This document shows positions 36,224-45,217 of a stretch of 64,000 nt of DNA, piece by piece. Under the pieces are notes generated by a model. It ran no database searches, was not told where the DNA came from, and was given only the letters and a program-made list of their open reading frames with translations. Origin of the DNA: Halioglobus sp. (GTDB lineage: Bacteria > Pseudomonadota > Gammaproteobacteria > Pseudomonadales > Halieaceae); contig JBDWAD010000017.1 of the NCBI GenBank assembly GCA_039979015.1, positions 195,237-259,236 of the forward strand, read 5' to 3'. Positions within the stretch are counted from its first letter, which is position 1. Each line of letters starts with the position of its first letter. Position numbers and translations under genes: made by a program.

Positions 36224-37159
36224 ATGAATGCTTTGGGGATCTTCCTGCGCGGTATGCTGATGGGAGCGGCAGATATTGTTCCCGGTGTCTCTGGTGGGAC
36301 CATGGCTTTTATCACCGGTATTTACGATACGCTGTTAACCAGTATTCGGTCTGTAGACCTGACCTTCGTTCGTCTGCTGTTGAAGTTTGATATCCGCGAA
36401 GCCTGGAATCACGTCAATGGCGGTTTTCTACTCGCGCTGTTGGCGGGGATAGCAACGAGCATTTTGTCGCTGGCCAGGCTTATCTCCTGGCTGCTGGATA
36501 ATCATCCTGTGCCCCTTTGGGCGTTTTTCTTTGGTTTGATATTGGCATCGGCGCTGGTTTTGCTGCAACAGGTGCGGGGCTGGGATATCGCCCGGGCGCT
36601 CTGCCTGCTCTGCGGCGTTGGCGTCGCGGCGACCATAGCGCTTTCTCCCACCGTTAATATGCATTTCGGTATGGCCGGCGTATTCCTTTCGGGCTTCCTG
36701 GCCATTTGTGCGATGATCTTGCCAGGTATTTCCGGTAGTTTCATATTGGTATTGTTGGGAATGTACGGCACCGTTCTGGTGGCTTTGAAGTCACTCGATA
36801 TCGGCTTCATCCTGGTATTCGCCATCGGCGCTGCGGCCGGGCTTTTGAGCTTTTCACGCCTGCTGCACTTTTTGTTGCACCGATTTCATGAAGCGACGAT
36901 GGCGTTGCTTACCGGGTTCCTGTTTGGCTCCTTGTTGGTGGTGTGGCCATGGAAGCATGTGCTGGTATGGATAGAAGGTAGCCATGGGCAGCTTAAGCCG
37001 GCGCAGCAGGTGCCGGTTATGCCTACTGAATTTACTGTACTAACGGGCCAACCCTCCCAGTTGGCTTTGTGTCTTTCCCTGATGGTGGTCGGTTTTGCGC
37101 TGGTATGGCTTATCGATGCTCGCTGGGGCGGTGGTCAAAAAATACCCGTCGAGCAGTAG
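36224..37159 (+). CDS. DUF368-family polytopic membrane protein (family recently linked, as I recall, to undecaprenyl-phosphate translocation)
   Basis: 311 aa. MNALGIFLRGMLMGAADIVPGVSGGTMAFITGIYDTLL is the DUF368 signature. The motif is duplicated internally (ILPGISGSFILVLLGMY). Confidence 0.85.
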   Translation: MNALGIFLRGMLMGAADIVPGVSGGTMAFITGIYDTLLTSIRSVDLTFVRLLLKFDIREAWNHVNGGFLLALLAGIATSILSLARLISWLLDNHPVPLWAFFFGLILASALVLLQQVRGWDIARALCLLCGVGVAATIALSPTVNMHFGMAGVFLSGFLAICAMILPGISGSFILVLLGMYGTVLVALKSLDIGFILVFAIGAAAGLLSFSRLLHFLLHRFHEATMALLTGFLFGSLLVVWPWKHVLVWIEGSHGQLKPAQQVPVMPTEFTVLTGQPSQLALCLSLMVVGFALVWLIDARWGGGQKIPVEQ

Positions 37160-37168
37160 GGCGGATAC

Positions 37169-38014
37169 TTGCCCGACTTCGGGTACTACAAAGGAGAGCG
37201 CACTATCAGGGCGGTTATCTGCAGTTTACTGCTTCTGCTCCTGGTGGTTGCCTGTGGTGGCAATCCGCCTGCACCGGTAGAAGACCGGCATTCCAGAGCG
37301 AGCAACGCAGCCGTCGGTTCTGGTTACAGAGTCCAGAAGGGCGATACGCTTTACTCTATCGCGTTTCGTTATGGTCTTGATTTCCGCCGTCTCGCTGCTG
37401 CAAATCGCATTTCCGCTCCTTACACTATTTACCCCGGGCAGCAACTTAAATTGCAAGAAGCGGAACCTCCCCGGGCCGCAAGTCCCGTCGCCAGCGCCAG
37501 CAGGAGTGCTGCTGGTCAGCCTGCCTCCAAGTCACAGGCCCAGACCCCGGCGCCCAAGACGGCCGCTACAGCCACTAAACCAGCATCGAAAACTACAGGG
37601 GTGCCATCATCTTCACGTGCCCCGGCGTCAAAGTCCGTAGGCGGCCCGGTAAAGACCTGGCGCTGGCCAACGTCCGGCAGGGTTGTGCGCAGTTATTCAT
37701 CGACTGTGCACAAGGGCATTGATATTGGTGGTAGTCGCGGTGAAGCGATTCAGGCGGTCGCTGCCGGGCAGGTGGTTTATGCAGGAACAGGCATTGTGGG
37801 TTTAGGTGAGTTGGTCATAGTAAAGCACAACGATATTTACCTCAGCGCCTACGGGCACAACAACAAGCTCCTGGTCTCGGAGGGCGATGCCGTAAAGGCG
37901 GGGCAGAAAATTGCCGAGAAAGGTAGTAGCGGCACGGATACCGTAAGATTGCACTTTGAGATTCGCAAAGAGGGCAAGCCCATTGACCCTCTTCGGTTAT
38001 TGCCCAAGCGCTGA
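37169..38014 (+). CDS. nlpD: Murein hydrolase activator NlpD (lipoprotein; LysM + M23 peptidase-like domains)
   Basis: Lipobox LLVVAC, a LysM domain (YRVQKGDTLYSIAFRYGLDFRRLAAAN), a Pro/Ala/Ser linker and an M23 domain (...HKGIDIGG...GQKIAEKGSSGTDTVRLHFEIR). TTG start taken from the ORF track; the exact start is uncertain. Confidence 0.9.
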   Translation: MPDFGYYKGERTIRAVICSLLLLLLVVACGGNPPAPVEDRHSRASNAAVGSGYRVQKGDTLYSIAFRYGLDFRRLAAANRISAPYTIYPGQQLKLQEAEPPRAASPVASASRSAAGQPASKSQAQTPAPKTAATATKPASKTTGVPSSSRAPASKSVGGPVKTWRWPTSGRVVRSYSSTVHKGIDIGGSRGEAIQAVAAGQVVYAGTGIVGLGELVIVKHNDIYLSAYGHNNKLLVSEGDAVKAGQKIAEKGSSGTDTVRLHFEIRKEGKPIDPLRLLPKR

Positions 38015-38173
38015 CAGGCGTTGCAGACTGTGGCCCGGCACCCCATTTCGCTTATAAGTTAGCCAGTGCAATTTTTTGCATAGCTGCTTGTAATTGATCT
38101 TCGGGTTGGGTTAGTCTGTTCGGCCCGGCGGGAAATACTCTCTAAACCTACTACAAAAAAATGAGGTATAGCC

Positions 38174-39235
38174 ATGGAACTGGAAAGCGCTACCAGCCCG
38201 AAACGGAATTCGAAATCGGGACGAGTATCAAGGGCGGCGACTAACACGAAGGCCAAGACTGGCTCTCGTGGTAATGGAAAGGCAGCGAATGCAGACAAGG
38301 CTATATCTGCATCTGAAGACCGTAGTGCCGACACTCAGGCAGCGGAGGAGGCGCGCTTTGACCAAGCCAAAGCGAGAACTGCTACCGCCCGTAAAGTCGA
38401 TAAGTCCCTGGATGTCACCCAACTTTACCTTAATGAAATTGGCTACTCGCCACTGCTGACGGCAGACGAGGAAAAGTACTATGCCCGCCTCGCGATCGCA
38501 GGCGACGATTCCGGTCGCAAACGCATGATCGAGAGTAATCTGCGACTTGTTGTCAAAATCTCCCGTCGTTATATCAATCGTGGCCTGACCCTGCTGGACC
38601 TCATTGAAGAGGGCAATCTCGGCTTGATTCGTGCCGTTGAAAAATTTGATCCAGAGCGTGGCTTTCGTTTTTCAACCTACGCGACCTGGTGGATCCGGCA
38701 GACCATTGAGCGGGCGATTATGAACCAGACCCGCACCATTCGATTGCCCATTCATGTGGTGAAAGAGCTCAATGTCTATTTGCGTGCCGCTCGCGAATTG
38801 ACTCAAAAACTGGATCACGAACCTACGGCCGAAGAAATCGCTGACATGCTCGACAAGCCTGCGGCGGATGTTAAGCGCATGCTGGGCCTCAACGAGCGCG
38901 TAACCTCAGTAGACACGCCGGTCGGACCAGACTCAGATAGGGCGGTGGTCGATACGATCGCTGATACACACGAAAGTGACCCCTCCCAGCTTTTGCAGGA
39001 CTCAGACATCAAGGACAGCATTGCCTCCTGGCTGGATGAGTTGTCCGAGAAGCAGCGAGAAGTAGTGGCCCGTCGTTTTGGCTTGCGCGGTTACGAAAGT
39101 AGCACCCTGGAAGAAGTGGGCCGCGAAATCGGTTTGACGCGAGAGCGAGTCAGACAGATACAGGTAGAGGCACTCAAACGCCTGCGTGGTATCATGGAAA
39201 CGCAAGGTCTTAGCGGTGAGTCGCTATTTAGCTAA
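38174..39235 (+). CDS. rpoS: RNA polymerase sigma factor RpoS
   Basis: 353 aa. [25 protein letters not shown] is region 1.2, and regions 2-4 are conserved ([38 protein letters not shown]). It is located after nlpD. Confidence 0.95.
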   Translation: MELESATSPKRNSKSGRVSRAATNTKAKTGSRGNGKAANADKAISASEDRSADTQAAEEARFDQAKARTATARKVDKSLDVTQLYLNEIGYSPLLTADEEKYYARLAIAGDDSGRKRMIESNLRLVVKISRRYINRGLTLLDLIEEGNLGLIRAVEKFDPERGFRFSTYATWWIRQTIERAIMNQTRTIRLPIHVVKELNVYLRAARELTQKLDHEPTAEEIADMLDKPAADVKRMLGLNERVTSVDTPVGPDSDRAVVDTIADTHESDPSQLLQDSDIKDSIASWLDELSEKQREVVARRFGLRGYESSTLEEVGREIGLTRERVRQIQVEALKRLRGIMETQGLSGESLFS

Positions 39236-39252
39236 GTGTCTTCCGGAAGATC

Positions 39253-39281
39253 AAAAGGCCGCCCATAACGCGGCCTTTTTT
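39253..39281 (+). terminator. Rho-independent terminator of rpoS
   Basis: AAAAGGCCGC-CCATAAC-GCGGCCTTTTTT: a 10-bp stem followed by a T-tract. Confidence 0.88.
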
Positions 39282-39593
39282 GTGCATGTCGGTTCAGTGT
39301 TTGGAGCGACCAACTAAAAAATGGCTAGTCCGGGCGGGAAGGGGACAACACTTTTCAATATGCCGCAGGCGGGTAAATCGCCAATGATCAACAACATGGT
39401 GTCAATGGCTGGTGTGATGAGCACGCCCGCACTATTGATCATTAGGGCCACTAAGTTGGGTTGCTGTTTCGCTAAGAGCTGGCTAGGCCCATGCTGTCTG
39501 GACAGCGCAAGCGCGTTTGCGGAAGCTACTGCATCGGTCGATGACATGAGTAGAGTGGCCTGCAGCTGATTTGAGGTAATGATGGAGAAAAAA

Positions 39594-40808
39594 ATGGCGG
39601 AAGGACAAAGACCCTTAGAGGGGATACGGGTCATTGAAATGGGTCAGTTATTGGCCGGGCCTTTCACGGGGACGATCCTGTCCTATTTTGGTGCGGAAGT
39701 GATCAAAGTCGAACCTCCAACAGGCGATCCCATTCGTGGCTGGCGAATGCTCGATGAGAGTGGAACATCCTTCTGGTGGCGTAGTTTGGGCCGCAACAAA
39801 AAAAGCGTCACCCTGGACCTGAAATCTCAGCGCGGGCAGCAGCTCGCCAAAGAACTTATCAAAACTGCGGACGTGGTGGTAGAGAACTTTCGCCCGGGGC
39901 TCATCGAGAAATGGGGTATTGGTCCCGAAGAGATGAGAGCTGAGAAGCCCGGGCTTATCTATGCGCGTATCTCGGGCTACGGTCAGGACGGTCCCTATGC
40001 CACCAAGCCCGGTTATGCGTCGGTAACCGAGGGCTTTGGTGGTTTTCGCTATATCAATGGCGAGCCGGGTAAACCGCCAATCCGCACGAATATCAGTATG
40101 GGCGATACCTTGTCGGCCATTCATGCTGCCCTTGGTATTGCCTTGGCTATTATTCAGCGCAGCAAGCCCGGTGGCGAGGGGCAGGTCATCGACGTCGCGC
40201 TTTATGAGTCCATATTCAACTTGATGGAAGGTATGGTGCCTGAATACGATGGCGGCGGCGCTATTCGTGAACCGTCCGGTACGACAGTGACCGGTATTGT
40301 GCCAACCAATACCTACCTCTGTGATGACGGCAAATACGTAGTTATCGGGGGCAATGGCGATTCTATCTTCAAGCGGTTGATGGTGGTGGCGGGGCGTTCA
40401 GATATGGCGGAAGATCCCGCAATGGAAGACAACGCAGGCCGGGTTGTCCACCAGAAAAAAATCGACCGGGCGTTATCGGATTGGTGCGCTGCGCATTCAT
40501 CGTCGCACGTCATTGCTGTGTTAGAGGATGTGCGAGTGCCAGTCGGACCGATTTACAGCGTCGAAGATATGGTGCACGACGAACACTACAATGCGCGCGG
40601 CATGTTTGAGAGTATTGAGATTAATGGCGAGCCACTGAAAATTCCGGCGATTCTACCCAAGATGTCATCGACCCCTGGCCGAACTGACTGGCCTGGAGGC
40701 GATATAGGCAGTCATAACGATGAGGTTTTGAAAGGTATCCTACAGCTGGATGACGATGAGTTGGCCCGGCTGTGCGAAGAGGGTGTTGTGATCCCACAAC
40801 CAGGCTAG
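39594..40808 (+). CDS. Family III CoA-transferase (CaiB/BaiF family)
   Basis: MAEGQRPLEGIRVIEMGQLLAGPF... and ...VVVENFRPGLIEKWG... are present. GGAG lies 6 nt upstream of the ATG at 39594. The ORF-track start at 39579 has poor SD spacing. Confidence 0.88.
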   Translation: MAEGQRPLEGIRVIEMGQLLAGPFTGTILSYFGAEVIKVEPPTGDPIRGWRMLDESGTSFWWRSLGRNKKSVTLDLKSQRGQQLAKELIKTADVVVENFRPGLIEKWGIGPEEMRAEKPGLIYARISGYGQDGPYATKPGYASVTEGFGGFRYINGEPGKPPIRTNISMGDTLSAIHAALGIALAIIQRSKPGGEGQVIDVALYESIFNLMEGMVPEYDGGGAIREPSGTTVTGIVPTNTYLCDDGKYVVIGGNGDSIFKRLMVVAGRSDMAEDPAMEDNAGRVVHQKKIDRALSDWCAAHSSSHVIAVLEDVRVPVGPIYSVEDMVHDEHYNARGMFESIEINGEPLKIPAILPKMSSTPGRTDWPGGDIGSHNDEVLKGILQLDDDELARLCEEGVVIPQPG

Positions 40809-40894
40809 ACCACTTGCCAACCTTGCGATCAGGCCAGCTGCCAGCATTTCGTGGGTTAGTGGAGTCGGTGGGGGCTGAGTAGTTCTTTCGGCGC

Positions 40895-40918
40895 AAAAAA
40901 AAGGGCGCCGGAGCGCCC
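40895..40918 (-). terminator. Rho-independent terminator (minus strand) of the 40944-41372 gene
   Basis: The minus strand reads GGGCGC-TCCG-GCGCCC followed by TTTTTTTT. Confidence 0.8.
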
Positions 40919-40943
40919 AGAGGGGACGAGTTGGACCTCGGGA

Positions 40944-41372
40944 TTAGATAGCCAGTAGGGTGATGCCGGCATTGGTTTGGTGAGCTTTCGCTACTTGTTC
41001 GTTCACTTGACGCAGCTCCACCACGACCCGATCACCTACCATGCGCACGTGCGTGTGAACAAATCCAGTGGTTCCGGGTAGCAACTCCAGTTGCAGCGGG
41101 GTAGTGCCGGGTAGATTGGTGCCCAATGTGTACGTGCCTGGTTCTCCAGATGCCAGGAGAGAGCCCCGTGCGTTCAGACTGCCAACGTTGGCTGAATCAA
41201 CAAATATATGTAAACCCAATGCTCGCGTTTTAAACGATTCTCCAGCCCGGTAGATGACAACAGAGGCGTCTCCACTGGCCCCATTTTCCTCCGCGAAGAC
41301 GGAGGAAAATGGCGTGAGAGACACGATCGTAAAGATTGCCGCAGCGAGAGAGTATTGCATGGCCGAGTCCAT
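40944..41372 (-). CDS. Small secreted protein, DUF2846-like
   Basis: 142 aa with a signal peptide (…IVSLTPFSSVFAEE). ...ASVVIYRAGESFKTRALGLHIFVDSANVGSLNARGSLL...PGTYTL... resembles the DUF2846 pattern. It is monocistronic with its own terminator. Confidence 0.6.
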   Translation of the reverse strand: MDSAMQYSLAAAIFTIVSLTPFSSVFAEENGASGDASVVIYRAGESFKTRALGLHIFVDSANVGSLNARGSLLASGEPGTYTLGTNLPGTTPLQLELLPGTTGFVHTHVRMVGDRVVVELRQVNEQVAKAHQTNAGITLLAI

Positions 41373-41650
41373 ATTGGTGGTTTGAAATTATTACGATAAT
41401 GCGTGCTTATCGGTTCAGTATGCCCGGGTATTTTTTTGCTAAGCATTAACGAGTCACCGGCAACGGCGGTTTACCCGGCATGCTTTGGCAAGAATTAGTC
41501 AGAGGGCGCCTCGCAGAATCTTGGCGCGGTATTGCCTGGCCCCACGATAAGGCAAAGTCCAGCGCGCTTGCCTGCAAAGGGCGCGGGAAGTAGTCTCAAT
41601 GCTAAGCGAACTTTTTAACACCACTCAAAATACCAGGGAGCAAAGAAAAC

Positions 41651-42247
41651 ATGGATCTGGAAAGAGAGTCTATCGGCTTGGGGGACAAGCCTGCGCTGCT
41701 GCTGGTGGATATGATTGAAGGATTTACCAACCCTGAATGCTCTTTGGGCTGTGCTTGCCCGGAGGTGATAGCCGCTAATAGAGCACTGTTGCAGGAGTTT
41801 CGGCGGCAACAACTACCGATATTTTTCACTACAGTGGTATATCACGATGAGGACCAGGCCCCGGTTTTTCGTAGCAGAGTCCCTGCACTCAATGTACTGA
41901 CTCCGGATTCCCGCTGGGTAAAAATCGATCAGCGGTTGGCCCCGGAGGCTGACGAGCCGATCATTGAGAAACATTGGCCAAGTGCTTTTAAGGGGACCGG
42001 GATTGATCATCTGCTTAAGAAGATAGGAGTAGACTGTCTAGTGGTGACCGGCCTTACAACGAGCGGATGCGTGCGTGCCACCGTGGTGGATGGACTGCAG
42101 CACGATTACCCCGTGGTTGTTCCACGTGAGGCTGTGGGTGATCGAAATAGTGAGGCTCACGAGGCAAACTTGTTTGATATGCATGCTAAGTATGCAGACG
42201 TCTGGTCCGTGGAGGAGGTCCTTACTGCACTTGGCTCAACTGACTGA
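41651..42247 (+). CDS. Isochorismatase-family cysteine hydrolase (N-carbamoylsarcosine amidase-like)
   Basis: 198 aa with the Asp-Lys-Cys triad context: ALLLVDMIEGF, EKHWPSAFKGT, LVVTGLTTSGCVRATVVDG. Confidence 0.85.
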   Translation: MDLERESIGLGDKPALLLVDMIEGFTNPECSLGCACPEVIAANRALLQEFRRQQLPIFFTTVVYHDEDQAPVFRSRVPALNVLTPDSRWVKIDQRLAPEADEPIIEKHWPSAFKGTGIDHLLKKIGVDCLVVTGLTTSGCVRATVVDGLQHDYPVVVPREAVGDRNSEAHEANLFDMHAKYADVWSVEEVLTALGSTD

Positions 42248-42297
42248 TTCTTGAATGATTTGTAATCGACTCATGACACCTAAAAAGAGGCAAGCCC

Positions 42298-42861
42298 TTG
42301 ACCAAACAAGCGACTAACTACGACGATGTAAAGCAGTACCGACTTGAGCCTGATCGCGAGCAAGAGTTGCTACACAGTGCCGGAGAGTGCACTTTTATTT
42401 GGGCCAATAAGGCGGGCCACCCAATTGGTGTCACTACCGCCTACGTTCCTGCGAAAGGCAAAATCTGGATGACTGCCACCAAAGAAAGAGTGCGAATTAA
42501 GGCGATCGCGCGAGACGGACGATCATCGATTGTGATCACGAGTACTGGCACTCCAATGGGCGGAGGCAAAACAGTAACCTACAAAGGTCATACTGTTATT
42601 CACGATGATCCGGAAATAAAGCACTGGATGTATAACTTGCTGGCGCAGGGAATGGTTGCTGCTGAGCGCGCTGACGAAAACAATGAATTTGTACAAGGAA
42701 TTGATCCGTCAATGTTTGTTCGCTTTTTGGATACACCTGAGCGCATCGTGCTTGAGTTTACACCGGAAATGTCTATTCCATTCGATGGCGATAAAATGGC
42801 TGCGGGTACGGCAGAGGCCTACGCAGAGTTTCAGCGCCAGGATGCAAATCGGGGTCAATAA
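42298..42861 (+). CDS. Pyridoxamine 5'-phosphate oxidase (PPOX)-family FMN/F420-binding protein
   Basis: 187 aa, TTG start. ...ELLHSAGECTFIWANKAGHPIGVTTAYVPAKGKIWMTATKERVRIKAIARDGRSSIVI... shows a split-barrel PPOX-like pattern. Confidence 0.65.
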   Translation: MTKQATNYDDVKQYRLEPDREQELLHSAGECTFIWANKAGHPIGVTTAYVPAKGKIWMTATKERVRIKAIARDGRSSIVITSTGTPMGGGKTVTYKGHTVIHDDPEIKHWMYNLLAQGMVAAERADENNEFVQGIDPSMFVRFLDTPERIVLEFTPEMSIPFDGDKMAAGTAEAYAEFQRQDANRGQ

Positions 42862-42907
42862 GCTGGTTTTTAGACTCGCGACTTAGTTCAGCAGCCGGGC
42901 GCTTACT

Positions 42908-44632
42908 TTAATCCATCGCTGCATGTGCACCAGCAACATAGCCGAACACCATAGCGGGTCCCAGTGTTGCACCGGGGCCTGGGTAAGCAGGCAACAGTGC
43001 TGCAGTGGTATTACCGCAGGCATACAGACCTTTTATAACGGTACCGTCTTCCTGCAGTACTCGTGCACACTCATCGATGACCAGGCCTCCTGCTGTTCCC
43101 ATCTCGCCCGGGTAAAGCGCCACAGCATAGAAGGGTGGCTTGAGCAACGGTGCGAGGCAGGGGTTAGGTTTTACTTCGGGGTCGGCGTAGTAGCGGTCAT
43201 AACTTGAGTCGCCGCGCTGATAGTCACTGTCTTTGCCATCACTGGCGAACTGGTTAAAGGCATTAACGGTACTTTGCAATCCTTCCGGGTCAATGCCCAC
43301 TTTTCTCGCTAACTCATCCAGGCTATCGGCTTTACTCAGAAACTCTGGTGTCCACCAGTCTTTAGGAATCATCCAATCGGGAAAGAATTTGCCCTGTATA
43401 AGCACGGATGCGACCGGACGCTGTCGCCTGAAGTCAGCGTCAAAAATCATATAACTGGGAATATTTTCTTCGTCCTTAATCATGTCGGCAACAAAACTCA
43501 CGTAATTTTGCGATTCGTTACTGAAGCGCCTACCTTTCTTATTGACCGTAATGGAGCCAGCCATGCCTTTTTCCACCTGGCTCAAATAGGCTTTGGGTTT
43601 GCCGGGTACAGTAGCGGTGGTGAACCACCATCCCCAGTCCATCTGAGCCGTGCCGGCGCCTAACTGCTGGGCAGCGACTATCGCGTCACCCGTGTTATGA
43701 AGGTTTCCAGCGCTCCAGCGAGTGTCTGTAGGTGAGGGTAAGTATTGCTCTCTCATTTTTTGGTTGCGCTCAAAGCCGCCAGCCGCCAGCACCACGCCCT
43801 TGTGTGCTCGAACGAATTCACGCTGCTCGTTGTGCTCTATGACGATGCCAACGACTTGATCTCCATCCTGAATCAGTTCAAGCATGGTTGTGTTGCGCCA
43901 CAGCGGAATCTGCCGATCCCGCACCGCCAGGAAAAGGCGGGCCACGCCTGCGTTGCCCATAGTGAGTCTGGCGTCGCGAAGGGTTTTTAGTCGAGTGGGA
44001 AAGTCGATCAGGTATTTGAGTACCAATTTAGCCGCCAAGGCAAACCAGCCTCGCGTCGCGGCCAAGACGACAGCGCCCTCCACCTGGGTAAAGTTAATGC
44101 CGCCAGGCATTTGCGTCTGCGGGTGTTGAGGCGCGAGATTGTGGAAGTCTTCGCCCAGTGCGCTGGCGTGCAGGGGTTCGGGTTCCATGGAACGATTGCC
44201 AGTTTTGCCGCCTGGTCCATCGGGAAAATAGTCTGGATAGTAAGCGAGATTGCGATAGCGCACCCACTGGGTGTTTTCATGCAGGTAATCGATTACCTCC
44301 GGACCACGTGTCAGGTAGGTTTCCAGCAAGGCTGGGTTAACTTTGCCGAAAGGGGTTACATGATCCAGATAAGCCCTGGCGTCCTCAAGGGAATCGTCAG
44401 CCCCATCTGCTCTGGCATAGCGGTTGTTCGGAATCCATACGCCACCACCCGAGCTGGCGCTAGTGCCGCCAAAGTGTTCCGATTTTTCGACAACGAGTGT
44501 TCTGGCACCTCCATCCGATGCCGCAATCGCAGCGGTCAGCGCCCCATTGCCAGAGCCCACAACGACCGCGTCGAATTCGTGATCCCACTGGTCTACATCC
44601 TCAGCATTCAACGCATTGCTCTCCTTAAACAT
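42908..44632 (-). CDS. FAD-dependent oxidoreductase of the 3-ketosteroid-delta1-dehydrogenase / fumarate-reductase flavoprotein family
   Basis: 574 aa with the dinucleotide fold DAVVVGSGNGALTAAIAASDGGARTLVVEKSEHFGGTSASSGGGVWIP and the C-terminal ...GLYACGNTTAAL... motif. Confidence 0.85.
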   Translation of the reverse strand: MFKESNALNAEDVDQWDHEFDAVVVGSGNGALTAAIAASDGGARTLVVEKSEHFGGTSASSGGGVWIPNNRYARADGADDSLEDARAYLDHVTPFGKVNPALLETYLTRGPEVIDYLHENTQWVRYRNLAYYPDYFPDGPGGKTGNRSMEPEPLHASALGEDFHNLAPQHPQTQMPGGINFTQVEGAVVLAATRGWFALAAKLVLKYLIDFPTRLKTLRDARLTMGNAGVARLFLAVRDRQIPLWRNTTMLELIQDGDQVVGIVIEHNEQREFVRAHKGVVLAAGGFERNQKMREQYLPSPTDTRWSAGNLHNTGDAIVAAQQLGAGTAQMDWGWWFTTATVPGKPKAYLSQVEKGMAGSITVNKKGRRFSNESQNYVSFVADMIKDEENIPSYMIFDADFRRQRPVASVLIQGKFFPDWMIPKDWWTPEFLSKADSLDELARKVGIDPEGLQSTVNAFNQFASDGKDSDYQRGDSSYDRYYADPEVKPNPCLAPLLKPPFYAVALYPGEMGTAGGLVIDECARVLQEDGTVIKGLYACGNTTAALLPAYPGPGATLGPAMVFGYVAGAHAAMD

Positions 44633-44766
44633 CTTCCCCGATCAAATTCTGTCACCCGGGATTTGCCTTTAATAACTTGGCAAGTATAGGCATAAACACA
44701 GTCAAGCTGTGCCTTCAATGTTGATGGGCCGGTAAGCCACCAACCGCAATTTCCTGAAATAGGTCG

Positions 44767-44813
44767 CAAAATGCGAATTAAAACGCGATTTGATATGCGT
44801 TAAAAACGCGTAT
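44767..44813. promoter_or_regulatory. Cluster of AAAA(C/T)GCG-type repeats, candidate enhancer (UAS) for a sigma-54 activator
   Basis: AAAATGCGAATT, TAAAACGCGATT and TAAAAACGCGTAT are direct copies. ATATGCGTT is an inverted copy between them. The cluster lies 50-100 nt upstream of the -24 element. Confidence 0.4.
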
Positions 44814-44862
44814 GAAGAGCCGTTGATTCTAAATACCACTGATTCTTATAGACTTTTTTTGT

Positions 44863-44878
44863 TGGCACGAGCATTGCA
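44863..44878 (+). promoter_or_regulatory. Sigma-54 (RpoN) -24/-12 promoter TGGCAC-GAGCA-TTGCA
   Basis: Exact match to TGGCAC-N5-TTGCW (GG-N10-GC). It is intergenic, correctly oriented, and ~75 nt upstream of the csrA-like ATG. Confidence 0.65.
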
Positions 44879-44953
44879 GTTTAAAACGAGCAGGCAAAAC
44901 CGCGACGTAATAATCTACAGCTTGCAAACACCAAAAAACGAAGGGAGTTCATT

Positions 44954-45217
44954 ATGTTGGTACTGTCTCGAAAAGCAGGTGAGTCATTGGTCATCGGAGA
45001 TGACATCGTAATAACAGTATTGGAAATTCGGAGTCAGCAAATTCGCATTGGCATTAGCGCACCGCGAGAGGTGGACGTTCACAGAGAAGAAGTCTACGAA
45101 CGAATTGCCGCTGAAGATCATGCAGGAACGCTAGAATTGCCGGCTATAGATCACGTTCACCGAGAGGCGCGCAGCACGAATCACCTGAGGAGAAGGAAAG
45201 TGGGGCAGAGGATATGA
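44954..45217 (+). CDS. csrA: CsrA/RsmA-family RNA-binding protein, paralog with a ~30-aa C-terminal extension
   Basis: [51 protein letters not shown] is collinear with CsrA, with L4 and R44 conserved. AAGGGAG lies 6 nt upstream of the ATG. The length is 87 aa versus ~61 for canonical CsrA. Confidence 0.88.
   Translation: MLVLSRKAGESLVIGDDIVITVLEIRSQQIRIGISAPREVDVHREEVYERIAAEDHAGTLELPAIDHVHREARSTNHLRRRKVGQRI

Noticed and set aside
39321-39569. 82-aa plus-strand ORF in the rpoS-downstream gap.
   Set aside because: It has no SD, is Cys/Ala/Ser-rich with low complexity, and overlaps the equally weak minus-strand ORF. Neither is reported as a gene.
39284-39578. Possible RsmZ/CsrB-type sRNA downstream of rpoS, since rsmZ sits next to rpoS in pseudomonads.
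   Set aside because: I looked for clustered (A)GGA motifs in hairpin loops on both strands. Only scattered GGA triplets are present, there is no repeated stem-loop architecture, and no terminator lies at a suitable distance.
44790-45011. 73-aa plus-strand ORF spanning the sigma-54 promoter and the csrA start in another frame.
   Set aside because: It has a TTG start without an SD, overlaps the clearly genuine CsrA frame, and its translation has no recognisable features.
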